Below, piece by piece: positions 9,399-17,503 of a stretch of 64,000 nt of DNA. Every line of letters begins with the position of its first letter. The first letter of the stretch is position 1. The notes below the pieces were generated by a model that was given only the letters and a program-made list of their open reading frames with translations, was not told where the DNA came from and did not search any database. Both the position numbers and the translations under genes were made by a program. Source of the DNA: an uncultured Anaerolinea sp. (lineage in GTDB: Bacteria; Chloroflexota; Anaerolineae; Anaerolineales; UBA4823); NCBI GenBank assembly GCA_964531975.1, contig CAZHFU010000002.1, positions 74,133 through 138,132 of the forward strand, written 5' to 3'.

Positions 9399-9582
9399 GC
9401 CTTTGGCGGCGTCTGGCCCGCGCCAGACCGGCATATCGCTCGTTGCAGCCTGGCCTTGCGCAGCCAGGCGCAGCTTGGCGCAGCTTGGCGCAGCCAAGCA
9501 CTGGCAAGCGGCCTCAAGCTTCGCCGGCCTCTGGCTTTCAGGCTGCACGCCAATGAGAACGCTTCACTCAGGAGGACGCCAC

Positions 9583-10593
9583 ATGGACGATTTTGTCAAA
9601 CGACCGCGCCGCTTGCGCTTAACCCCCACCCTGCGCCGGATGGTGCGGGAAACAGAAATTAACCCGGCTGATTTTATTCTGCCTATTTTTGTACGCCATG
9701 GGCGCGCCGTGCAAGCCGAAATCGCGTCTATGCCCGGCGTGTACCAATGGTCGGTAGACCTTTTGCCCGGGCTGGCCCGCCAGGCGCGCAGCCTGGGCAT
9801 TCCGGCGCTGCTGCTGTTTGGCATCCCCGCCGTCAAAGATGCGGCCGGCAGCGAAAACTTCGCCCCCGATGGCATAATCCAGCAGGCCCTCCGCGCCATC
9901 AAAGACGCCGTACCGGAGCTGGCGCTGATCACCGATATCTGCTGCTGTGAGTACACCGATCATGGGCACTGCGGCTTGCTTAACCTTGGCCCGCAGCGCG
10001 ACCTCCGCCTGCCGGAAGGCTACCTGCTCAACGACGCCACCCTGGAGGTGCTGGGCCGGGTGGCGGTGAGCCATGCCCAGGCTGGGGCCGATATCGCCGC
10101 CCCCAGCGGCATGATCGACGGGATGGTCTCGGCGATCCGCCGCGCCTTAGACGCCGAAGGCTACGCCCATCTGCCGGTCATGTCGTATGCGGTTAAGTAC
10201 GCCTCCGGTTTCTATGGCCCGTTTCGCGACGCCGCCCAATCGCCCCCCCAATTTGGCGACCGCAAATCGCATCAGATGGACCCCGCCAACGCCCGTGAGG
10301 CGCTCAAAGAAGCCGCCCTGGATATTGAGCAAGGCGCGGATATGCTGATCGTCAAACCCGGCCTGCCCTACCTGGACGTGCTGTACCGCGTCCACCAGGC
10401 CTTTCCGCAAACGCCCCTGGCGGCGTATAACGTGAGCGGCGAATACAGCATGCTCAAAGCCGCCGCGGCCAACGGCTGGCTGGACGAACGCACCGTGATC
10501 TTGGAAAGCCTGACCGCGCTCAAACGCGCCGGCGCTGATTTGCTGATCACCTATCACGCGCTCGAAGCCGCCCAATGGCTGCAATCGGCCTGA
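9583..10593 (+). CDS. hemB: Porphobilinogen synthase (delta-aminolevulinic acid dehydratase), Zn-type
   Basis: The SD ggagga at 9571-9576 precedes the ATG at 9583. The N-terminus MDDFVKRPRRLRLTPTLRRMVRE is canonical. The Cys-rich metal site reads DICCCEYTDHGHCG, and the active-site region VKPGLPYLD is present. The track start at 9235 reads through the tandem repeat and is rejected. Confidence 0.93.
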   Translation: MDDFVKRPRRLRLTPTLRRMVRETEINPADFILPIFVRHGRAVQAEIASMPGVYQWSVDLLPGLARQARSLGIPALLLFGIPAVKDAAGSENFAPDGIIQQALRAIKDAVPELALITDICCCEYTDHGHCGLLNLGPQRDLRLPEGYLLNDATLEVLGRVAVSHAQAGADIAAPSGMIDGMVSAIRRALDAEGYAHLPVMSYAVKYASGFYGPFRDAAQSPPQFGDRKSHQMDPANAREALKEAALDIEQGADMLIVKPGLPYLDVLYRVHQAFPQTPLAAYNVSGEYSMLKAAAANGWLDERTVILESLTALKRAGADLLITYHALEAAQWLQSA

Positions 10594-10622
10594 GCCGATC
10601 TCGCGGCGCTGTCTGCTTGAGT

Positions 10623-11288
10623 TTAGTCTTTGCGGTAATCGATATGGGCGATGCCGTGGCGAATGGCGTACAGCACCGCCTGGGTGCGATTGGATAAATC
10701 TAATTTCGCCAGGATATTGGTGACATGGGTGCGCACGGTGCGTTCGCTTAGCACCAATTCATTGGCAATGTCTTGATTGGTCTTACCCAGGGCCATCTGT
10801 TGAAGAATTTCCACTTCGCGTTCGGTCAGGTCTTCCCTATGCGGCTCTTCCGCCGGTTCATCTTGCCACTCGGCCATCAGCTTACGGGCAATGTCTGGGC
10901 CAAGGATGGCCTTGCCGATATACGCATCGCGGATCGCCCCAATCAACTCATCCGATGAAGTATCTTTCATCAAATAGCCCATCGCCCCGGCCTTGATGGC
11001 CGAGTAGACCTGATGGTTTTCAGCGAAGCTGGTCAAAACCAGAATGCGCGCCTGCGCGCAAACCTTATGAATCTCGCGCGCCGCTTGTACGCCGTCCATG
11101 AGCGGCATCACCAGGTCGAGCAGCACCACGTCCGGCTTCGTCTGCTGGGCCAAACCAATCGCCTCCACCCCATTAGCCGCCGAACCAACCACCTGCATCC
11201 CGTCTTCCGCCGCCAGCAAGGCGTTCAACCCGTCGCGCACTACGGCGTGGTCGTCAACAATCAGGATCTTAATGATTCTGAGGGTCAT
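10623..11288 (-). CDS. Response regulator, NarL/LuxR family (REC + HTH_LuxR)
   Basis: The receiver domain shows ILIVDDHAVVRDGL...DVVLLDLVMP. The C-terminus reads LTEREVEILQQMALGKTNQDIANELVLSERTVRTHVTNIL. Confidence 0.92.
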   Translation of the reverse strand: MTLRIIKILIVDDHAVVRDGLNALLAAEDGMQVVGSAANGVEAIGLAQQTKPDVVLLDLVMPLMDGVQAAREIHKVCAQARILVLTSFAENHQVYSAIKAGAMGYLMKDTSSDELIGAIRDAYIGKAILGPDIARKLMAEWQDEPAEEPHREDLTEREVEILQQMALGKTNQDIANELVLSERTVRTHVTNILAKLDLSNRTQAVLYAIRHGIAHIDYRKD

Positions 11289-13974
11289 TGCTCCTCCGGT
11301 TAGCTACATAAGGCAGGGTGACAACCACGCGCGCGCCTTCCCCTGGCCGGGAAATCACCTCCGCCCGCCCTCCTAAGGCGGCGGCGCGCTCATGAATGTT
11401 CGAAAGACCCATCCCCCCCTGGCGGGCGGCCGTTTCAGGGTCAAAGCCGCGGCCATCGTCGCTAATTTCCAGGTACAGCGCCGCCGGCTCGCCGCGCAGG
11501 GTGACGGTGACCGCCCCGGCCTGGGCGTGCTTGAGGATATTATTGAGCGCCTCTTCAGCGATGCGATACAGCGCCATCGCCACCGGGCGCTCCAGGCCGG
11601 GCAGGTTCTCGCGCACCAGGCGCACATTCACCCCGGTGCGCTTTTCCACCGCGTTCAGGCGGCGCTCCAACGCCTGGGCCAGGCCCTCATCCAATTCGTT
11701 GGAAGGGCGCAGTTCGTATACCAACAGGCGCATTTCTTTCAGGGCTTGCTGCGCGGCCTGTTCGATGCGCTGCAAATGCTGCTCGGCCAGTGGGCGTTGA
11801 TCATTACGCAGCACCTTAAGCGCCGCCCCCGAAAACAACACCTGGCTGTAGAGCAGCTGCGTTACCGAGTCGTGCAGCTCACGCGCCAGGCGCTGGCGCT
11901 CTTGCACCACCGCGGCCAGCTCGGCTTGTTTCACCAGGCGCGCCCGTTCAATCACCCCGCCAATCTGATCGGCAATCGTAGAGAATAAGGTCACATCTTC
12001 AATCGAATAATCTTGGATCGTGCGAGCAAACAGGCTGAGAACCCCCAAAGGGCGGCCCTTGGCGCGTATGGATGCGCCCAGGAAAGCCGGGCGATTGCGG
12101 CGCGCCACAGCCTTCAAGGCCTCGGGGGCCTCCGGCTGGGCGGCTAAATCGGCCACCATCACCGGTTCATTGCTGCGCAAAAGCATGCGCCAAAACGCCT
12201 GGCCGGCGGGCTGCTGCTCCAGGGCGGGCAGGTCTTCGGGGGCCAGGCCGTTTTGGGCCGCCAATCCCAGGGCGGTCAGGCTGTCGTCCAAGAAATGCAC
12301 CGCCCCGCCGCTGCCTTGTAACGCCGCCACGGCCACGTACAGCACATCTTCGAGCACCGCCAATTCGTTGCCCGGCTGCGAAGCCAGGTTGTTGATGTGA
12401 TACAGCGTGGAAAGATGCTGGGTGCGCAGCTCCACCTGGCGCTCCAGGCCCTCCAACACCATCGCCCGGCGCAGCGCCATCGAGGCGATCTCAGCCACGG
12501 TTTGAAATAAGCGTAGATTTTGGGCGGTGAACTTGCGCCGCGCTTCAAAGGCGAACAACATCACCGCAAACACCGCCTGGTCGGATCGTAAAGGGATGGC
12601 CGCCGCTGATTGCGCTCCGGCAAGCGCCAGGCGGTAAAATTCCACCCTGGGCGGCAGACGCAGCGCGCCGACCTCGGAAGCGCTCACCTGGCCGCTTTCC
12701 ATCACCTGCCACAACCAATGTTCGCCGCGCGGCAAGCTTAGCCCCAGCAGATAGGGGCCGCTGCCGGCCTGCACCACCAGGCTTTGACCGCCCACGTTGG
12801 GCGCCAACAGGGCCCCATGCGCCGCCCCCAAAAAGCGCGTCAGCTGCTCCACCACGGCGTGCAGGGTATCTTCGTCGCGCTCCGCCTGCCCCAAGGCGGA
12901 GGCAATCGTGGTTAGCCCCTCTAATTCTTCGCTGCGGCGCTGCCACTGCTCGCCGCGCAGCATCCGGGCCAACACCAATGCGGCCTGTTCGGCAAAGGCA
13001 GATATAGTTTCTACATCATCGGAGGAGAAGGCGTTGGGTTCAAGCGCCCCTAATGAAATAAAGCCCAACATTTCCCCTTCGGCCAACAGCGGCGCGCCCA
13101 GCCAGCCGCGCACATCGTGCAGGTCGGGCCACTGGGCAAAGCGGGCGTCGTTTTGAGCGTCGGCGGCGATAATGGGGTGGGCGGCCATGCGCATTTCGGC
13201 CACCAATGGGTCGTTTTCGGGGAACACCGTCGGCGCAGCCTGGCGCTGCTCCGCGCCGGTTGGACTGTAACGCCGATTTTCATCCACCAAAAACAAGCCG
13301 GCGCGGTCATACTGGATCAGGTTGTGCAAATGCACCAGCAAAACTTCCAACGAGCCTTGCAAATCGTTGGCCGCCGCCAAAGCAATCAACATATCGGCCA
13401 TCACTTCGGTTTGGCGGCGGCGGCGGTGCTCGGCCTGGCGCAAGCGGCTTTCCTGAACGGCCACGGCCAAGGAATCAGCCGCTTCTTCGGCCATTTGGGC
13501 GTGTTCGGGTTGGAAAACCGCCGGCGCGCCGGCGGCCAGTTCCAGCAGGCCAATCGGCTGCCGGCTGTTGTGCAGCGGCGCGGCCAGGTAGGCGCGCAGG
13601 CCAGGGAGACGCCACGCCGGCGCAGCCTGCCCGGCCGGCAGGGCGGTGACATCGGGCACAATCACCGCCTGCCCCGCCGCCGTGTGATTGAGATAACCCG
13701 TGCATTCTTCCAGCGAAAGCTCACCCCCACCCGCTGGACTGGTCTGGCCGCCTGAGAGCGCGGTTTGCACATGTGCGGCGGCCACTTCAACCCGCTCTCC
13801 GTTAAATATAAGCACCCGACCGGCGCTAAAGTTGGGAATCAATGCTCCCATCCCTTCCAGCGCCTGCCGGGCGATTTCTTCAATAGATCGATTTGCCAGG
13901 ATGCTGCGATCAATCTCGTGCAGAATTTGCAGTCGCTGCAAATTCCGCCGCAAAAGGTGCTCCACCGATGACAT
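11269..13974 (-). CDS. Multi-GAF sensor histidine kinase (HisKA_3 + HATPase_c), cytoplasmic
   Basis: There is no N-terminal TM segment. Several GAF-like blocks are present. The H-box reads RLARELHDSVTQLLYS, and the ATPase boxes read EEALNNILKHA and DDGRGFD...GGMGLSNIHERA. The gene overlaps the regulator gene by 20 nt. Confidence 0.9.
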   Translation of the reverse strand: MSSVEHLLRRNLQRLQILHEIDRSILANRSIEEIARQALEGMGALIPNFSAGRVLIFNGERVEVAAAHVQTALSGGQTSPAGGGELSLEECTGYLNHTAAGQAVIVPDVTALPAGQAAPAWRLPGLRAYLAAPLHNSRQPIGLLELAAGAPAVFQPEHAQMAEEAADSLAVAVQESRLRQAEHRRRRQTEVMADMLIALAAANDLQGSLEVLLVHLHNLIQYDRAGLFLVDENRRYSPTGAEQRQAAPTVFPENDPLVAEMRMAAHPIIAADAQNDARFAQWPDLHDVRGWLGAPLLAEGEMLGFISLGALEPNAFSSDDVETISAFAEQAALVLARMLRGEQWQRRSEELEGLTTIASALGQAERDEDTLHAVVEQLTRFLGAAHGALLAPNVGGQSLVVQAGSGPYLLGLSLPRGEHWLWQVMESGQVSASEVGALRLPPRVEFYRLALAGAQSAAAIPLRSDQAVFAVMLFAFEARRKFTAQNLRLFQTVAEIASMALRRAMVLEGLERQVELRTQHLSTLYHINNLASQPGNELAVLEDVLYVAVAALQGSGGAVHFLDDSLTALGLAAQNGLAPEDLPALEQQPAGQAFWRMLLRSNEPVMVADLAAQPEAPEALKAVARRNRPAFLGASIRAKGRPLGVLSLFARTIQDYSIEDVTLFSTIADQIGGVIERARLVKQAELAAVVQERQRLARELHDSVTQLLYSQVLFSGAALKVLRNDQRPLAEQHLQRIEQAAQQALKEMRLLVYELRPSNELDEGLAQALERRLNAVEKRTGVNVRLVRENLPGLERPVAMALYRIAEEALNNILKHAQAGAVTVTLRGEPAALYLEISDDGRGFDPETAARQGGMGLSNIHERAAALGGRAEVISRPGEGARVVVTLPYVANRRSNDPQNH

Positions 13975-14468
13975 TAATCAGCCGCCGCGGTTTCGGGGGT
14001 TTCCTTTTGTCCGTCGCGCTTGTGCAGCTTGCCTTTAACCGGCTGCGAGCCATCATCATCCTGGCGCTCTTCAGCCCGCTCAGCGGCCTCCAGGTCGGCG
14101 GCTTGCTGGGCTTTGCGCACCTTGCGGTAGGCCGGGCTATACACCACCACCGCCTCCACAAAGACCTGGCGCATACGCGGGGTGCGATCCAGGCTGCCAT
14201 CCATCACCTGGTCGAGTTGGAAGCCCAGGCTGCGGGCGTATTCGTCGAGCGCATGGTGGAAATCGGAGGCTTCGGATTCGCTCAAATCGGCCAACCAATG
14301 CTTGAAATCGGCCGGCCACCAGCGCGCCGCCGGGCCAAGCGCCCACTGCCGAAAGGCGTCGCGCCGGCGCAATGCCGACCACACCCGCCGGGGCAGCCCC
14401 CCAAACCGCCCGATGGCTAGCAAGTAGCCTAACGCCGCAGATAATATTGCCAGGGTGAGCAGGTACAT
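13974..14468 (-). CDS. Hypothetical membrane-anchored protein (one N-terminal TM, acidic/basic tail)
   Basis: The ORF encodes 164 aa with N-terminal TM MYLLTLAILSAALGYLLAI. The last base of its stop codon coincides with the first base of the kinase start at 13974. I recognise no family. Confidence 0.55.
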   Translation of the reverse strand: MYLLTLAILSAALGYLLAIGRFGGLPRRVWSALRRRDAFRQWALGPAARWWPADFKHWLADLSESEASDFHHALDEYARSLGFQLDQVMDGSLDRTPRMRQVFVEAVVVYSPAYRKVRKAQQAADLEAAERAEERQDDDGSQPVKGKLHKRDGQKETPETAAAD

Positions 14469-14474
14469 GGGCGC

Positions 14475-14552
14475 TTACGCTGCCTTATTGCGCCTGGCAA
14501 TAAAGTACCCCAAAACTAACGAAAGCACAAGCAAGATAACCAGTGAAAGCAT
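14475..14552 (-). CDS. Candidate 25-aa single-TM micropeptide
   Basis: Manual translation gives MLSLVILLVLSLVLGYFIARRNKAA followed by a stop. It is preceded by gaggtgg (SD-like) and ends 7 nt before the 164-aa ORF start. It is too short for the ORF track. Confidence 0.25.
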   Translation of the reverse strand: MLSLVILLVLSLVLGYFIARRNKAA

Positions 14553-14686
14553 ATGCCACCTCATTCAGCTTGGATAATATTAGTCTTGATTATAACATAA
14601 CGTGAACCGTATCTCACCGCGCCTGCCGGGTCTGCATCCGCCGCCGGCGCTGCCAGGCAGTATGGTACTTATTATATGAAAAACCC

Positions 14687-14715
14687 TTGACCAGACGGAG
14701 AACACAGGCTAAAAT
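14687..14715 (+). promoter_or_regulatory. Sigma-70-like promoter (TTGACC - 17 nt - TAAAAT) directly abutting the ffh start
   Basis: The -35 ttgacc is at 14687-14692 and the -10 taaaat at 14710-14715, with a 17-nt spacer. The GTG start at 14724 lies only 8 nt after the -10, and there is no SD. Confidence 0.45.
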
Positions 14716-14723
14716 TCTAAGCC

Positions 14724-16049
14724 GTGTTTGAGAACTTAACGCAACGCCTCGATGATGTATTTAAAGGCCTACGCCGCCGCGGAAAACTTTCCGAGTCGGA
14801 CGTAGACGCTGCTATGCGCGAAGTGCGCCTGGCTTTATTAGAAGCCGACGTAAACTATGGCGTGGTGAAAGACTTTGTGGCGCGTGTGCGCGAACGCTCG
14901 GTGGGGGCCGAAGTCTCCAAGGCGCTCAACCCCGGCCAACAGGTGGTTAAGATCGTCAACGAAGAGTTAATCGCCACGCTAGGCCAGGCCGAACGCCTCG
15001 ACCTGAGCGGCCCACGCCCTCGGACGATTATGCTGGTGGGTTTGCAAGGCGCAGGCAAGACCACCATGGCCGGCAAGCTGGCCCGCCTGCTGCGCTCGCA
15101 AGGCGAGCGGGTGATGTTGGTGGCCTGCGACCCCTACCGCCCCGCCGCGGTGCTGCAGTTGGAAACCCTGGGCGAGAAACTCAACGTGCCCGTGGTCTTC
15201 GAGCCAGGCGTTCCCCCTCCGCAGTTAGCCGCCAAGGCGCTGGATCAGGCCGCTAAGGGCGGCTACACCACGATTATTCTCGACACCGCCGGCCGCTCGC
15301 AGCTCGATAGCAGCCTGATGGACGAGCTGCACGCCATTCAAACCCAGGTGTCGCCCATAGAAATTTTGTTGGTGGTCGATTCCATGATCGGCCAAGAGGC
15401 CGTCAACGTTGCCAAGGGTTTCCGCGAATCCATTGCCATAACCGGCTTAATCTTGACCAAGATCGACGGCGACGCGCGCGGCGGCGCGGCCATCTCCATC
15501 CGCGCTGTTACCGGTGTGCCGATTAAGTATCTGGGCGTAGGCGAAGCCCTGGACGCCATCGAGACCTACGATCCGGGGCGGTTGGCCGGGCGCATCCTCG
15601 GCATGGGCGATATTTTAGGCCTGATCGAACGCGCTGAGCAAGCCTACGACGAGAAGACCGCCCGCGCCGATGCCGAAAAGCTGATGACCGGCGAGTTCAA
15701 CCTCGAAGATTTCGCCAACCAACTGCGCCAGCTCAAGAAAATGGGGCCTTTGGGTCAACTGTTGGAAATGCTGCCCGGCGGCATGGGGCAAATGGCGCGC
15801 CAGATCAACCCACAAGACGCCGAGAAACAGTTTCAGCTCACCGAAGCCATCATCAATTCGATGACGCGCCAGGAACGGCGCAACCCCGATGTGCTTAACG
15901 CCTCCCGCCGCCGGCGCATCGCCGCCGGTTCTGGTACGCAAGTGCAAGATGTTAACCGCTTGCTGAAGCAATTTCGTGAGGCGCAAAAACTCTTCAAGCA
16001 GCTTAAGAAGAGTGGAATGCGCGGTTTACCGCGTATGTTTGGACGATAA
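14724..16049 (+). CDS. ffh: Signal recognition particle protein Ffh
   Basis: The N-terminus MFENLTQRLDDVFKGLRRRGKLSE is canonical. The GTPase motifs are GLQGAGKTT, DTAGR and TKIDGDARGG. The M-domain is Met-rich (LLEMLPGGMGQM). Confidence 0.95.
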   Translation: MFENLTQRLDDVFKGLRRRGKLSESDVDAAMREVRLALLEADVNYGVVKDFVARVRERSVGAEVSKALNPGQQVVKIVNEELIATLGQAERLDLSGPRPRTIMLVGLQGAGKTTMAGKLARLLRSQGERVMLVACDPYRPAAVLQLETLGEKLNVPVVFEPGVPPPQLAAKALDQAAKGGYTTIILDTAGRSQLDSSLMDELHAIQTQVSPIEILLVVDSMIGQEAVNVAKGFRESIAITGLILTKIDGDARGGAAISIRAVTGVPIKYLGVGEALDAIETYDPGRLAGRILGMGDILGLIERAEQAYDEKTARADAEKLMTGEFNLEDFANQLRQLKKMGPLGQLLEMLPGGMGQMARQINPQDAEKQFQLTEAIINSMTRQERRNPDVLNASRRRRIAAGSGTQVQDVNRLLKQFREAQKLFKQLKKSGMRGLPRMFGR

Positions 16050-16227
16050 ACCGCCCCCAATCGTGCGGCATTATCGCTTATAATTAAGTTTTGCCCGGCT
16101 ATCCGCCGTCTTGCCAACGGCGACAAGCGAGAAAAGCGCTCCTTCCGCTCCCCTCAACGCTTGCACCACGGCAGTTGCAGGATAGTCGATTAATCTGTAT
16201 ATGAGAACGTGAAGGAGACTAACAAAC

Positions 16228-16587
16228 ATGGTACGTATTCGTCTACGCCGCGTGGGTTCCAAAGGCCAACCCAGCTACCGCGTGATCGCCGCCGATAAAG
16301 AAGCGCCCCGCGATGGCCGCTTCCTCGAGATCTTAGGCCATTATAACCCTCGCACCGAACCCGCCACCATTCAGCTGCACGAAGACCGCATCTATGACTG
16401 GCTCAACCGGGGCGCGCAGCCCAGCGAATCGGCTGCGGCTGTGTTCCGCTCGGCCGGCCTGCTGGATCGTTACGCTCGCCACAAACAGGGCGAAGCCCTG
16501 GAAACCTTGCTGGCTGAAGCAAAAGCCGCAGACGCCGCCCGCAACATCAACCCCAAGACCGAACGCGTGGGTGGAGCGAAGGCTTAA
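16228..16587 (+). CDS. rpsP: 30S ribosomal protein S16 (with C-terminal extension)
   Basis: The N-terminus reads MVRIRLRRVGSKGQPSYRVIAADKEAPRDGRFLEILGHYNP. The SD gaaggag lies upstream. Confidence 0.95.
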   Translation: MVRIRLRRVGSKGQPSYRVIAADKEAPRDGRFLEILGHYNPRTEPATIQLHEDRIYDWLNRGAQPSESAAAVFRSAGLLDRYARHKQGEALETLLAEAKAADAARNINPKTERVGGAKA

Positions 16588-16600
16588 TTATCAATACCTT

Positions 16601-16639
16601 TTTAGATGGTTGGGCGGCGGTATCGCCCAACCATCTAAA
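16601..16639 (+). other. Perfect 16-bp inverted repeat (hairpin) between rpsP and the KH-domain gene
   Basis: The arms are tttagatggttgggcg and cgcccaaccatctaaa with a 7-nt loop. There is no U-tract. The hairpin ends 4 nt before the ggagg SD of the next gene. Confidence 0.6.
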
Positions 16640-16653
16640 ATATGGAGGCTTTC

Positions 16654-16890
16654 ATGCAGGAATTGGTCGAGTATATCGCCCGCTCTCTGGTAGACGACCC
16701 CACCCAGGTTAAAGTGACCCAAATGCGGCGTGGGGCGCAGGTTATTTTAAGCCTGCACGTCTCAAAAGAAGATATGGGGCGCATCATCGGCAAAAGCGGC
16801 CGCGTTGCGGGGTCAATCCGCACCCTGCTGCGAGTGGCGGCTGTTAAAGAGGGTAAGCGCGCAATCTTAGATATTGTTGAGCCAGATTGA
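16654..16890 (+). CDS. KH-domain RNA-binding protein (YlqC/UPF0109 family)
   Basis: The sequence contains VSKEDMGRIIGKSGRVAGSIRTLL (GxxG KH motif). Its position between rpsP and rimM is conserved. ATG 16654 has a ggagg SD 5 nt upstream, so I prefer it to the track start at 16642. Confidence 0.85.
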   Translation: MQELVEYIARSLVDDPTQVKVTQMRRGAQVILSLHVSKEDMGRIIGKSGRVAGSIRTLLRVAAVKEGKRAILDIVEPD

Positions 16891-16906
16891 CCCACAGGCC
16901 ATTATC

Positions 16907-17482
16907 ATGAGCAGCTCCGGTCAGTTTCGCACCCCTCCCCCGAAACCCAACCAGGCAGGCTCCCCCTCGGAAGGTGGGCCTGCCTATTTGGTGGTAGGTA
17001 AATTACGCCACGCCCACGGCCTTAAAGGCGAAATCCTTATGGAAGTGATTACCGACTTTCCAGAACGGATTCAGCCAAACGTGCGCTTTTTTGTTGGCGA
17101 CGCCCTGTCGCCGGTAACGCTGCGCTCCCGACGTCCGCACGGGCAGGGTTTGCTGTTGGCATTCTACGGTTACGACACCCCCGAAACGGTGGGAGAGCTG
17201 CGCAACCAATTTTTGTATGTGCCCACCGCCAACCGTCCGAAGCTGCCCGAAGGCGATTACTATCATCACCAACTGCTCGATCTGGCGGTGATAGATGAGA
17301 GCGGGCGCACCTTGGGCCGCATCAATGAGATTTTAACCACCCCGGCAAACGATGTCTATGTGGTGCGCCGTCCGGAAGGCGCCGATCTGCTGCTGCCCGC
17401 CATCGAAAGTGTGGTGCTGCGAGTGGATCTAGATAAGGGCGAAATGCACATCCACCTGCTGCCGGGTTTGTTAGACGAATAA
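16907..17482 (+). CDS. rimM: 16S rRNA processing protein RimM
   Basis: The sequence YLVVGKLRHAHGLKGEILMEVITDFPER is followed by a PRC-barrel-like C-terminus, and the gene follows rpsP-KH as expected. The start is ambiguous between TTG 16874 and ATG 16907. Confidence 0.85.
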   Translation: MSSSGQFRTPPPKPNQAGSPSEGGPAYLVVGKLRHAHGLKGEILMEVITDFPERIQPNVRFFVGDALSPVTLRSRRPHGQGLLLAFYGYDTPETVGELRNQFLYVPTANRPKLPEGDYYHHQLLDLAVIDESGRTLGRINEILTTPANDVYVVRRPEGADLLLPAIESVVLRVDLDKGEMHIHLLPGLLDE

Positions 17483-17503
17483 GCGCCAGATAGTATTTCA
17501 TTA

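Noticed and set aside
9040-9662. Six overlapping ORFs in all frames (134-157 aa, Ala/Cys/Leu/Gln-rich), plus the 452-aa track ORF that extends hemB back to 9235.
   Set aside because: All of them are read-through of the stop-free 15/16-bp tandem repeat. The mixed unit length scrambles any frame. hemB has its own SD and a canonical N-terminus at 9583.
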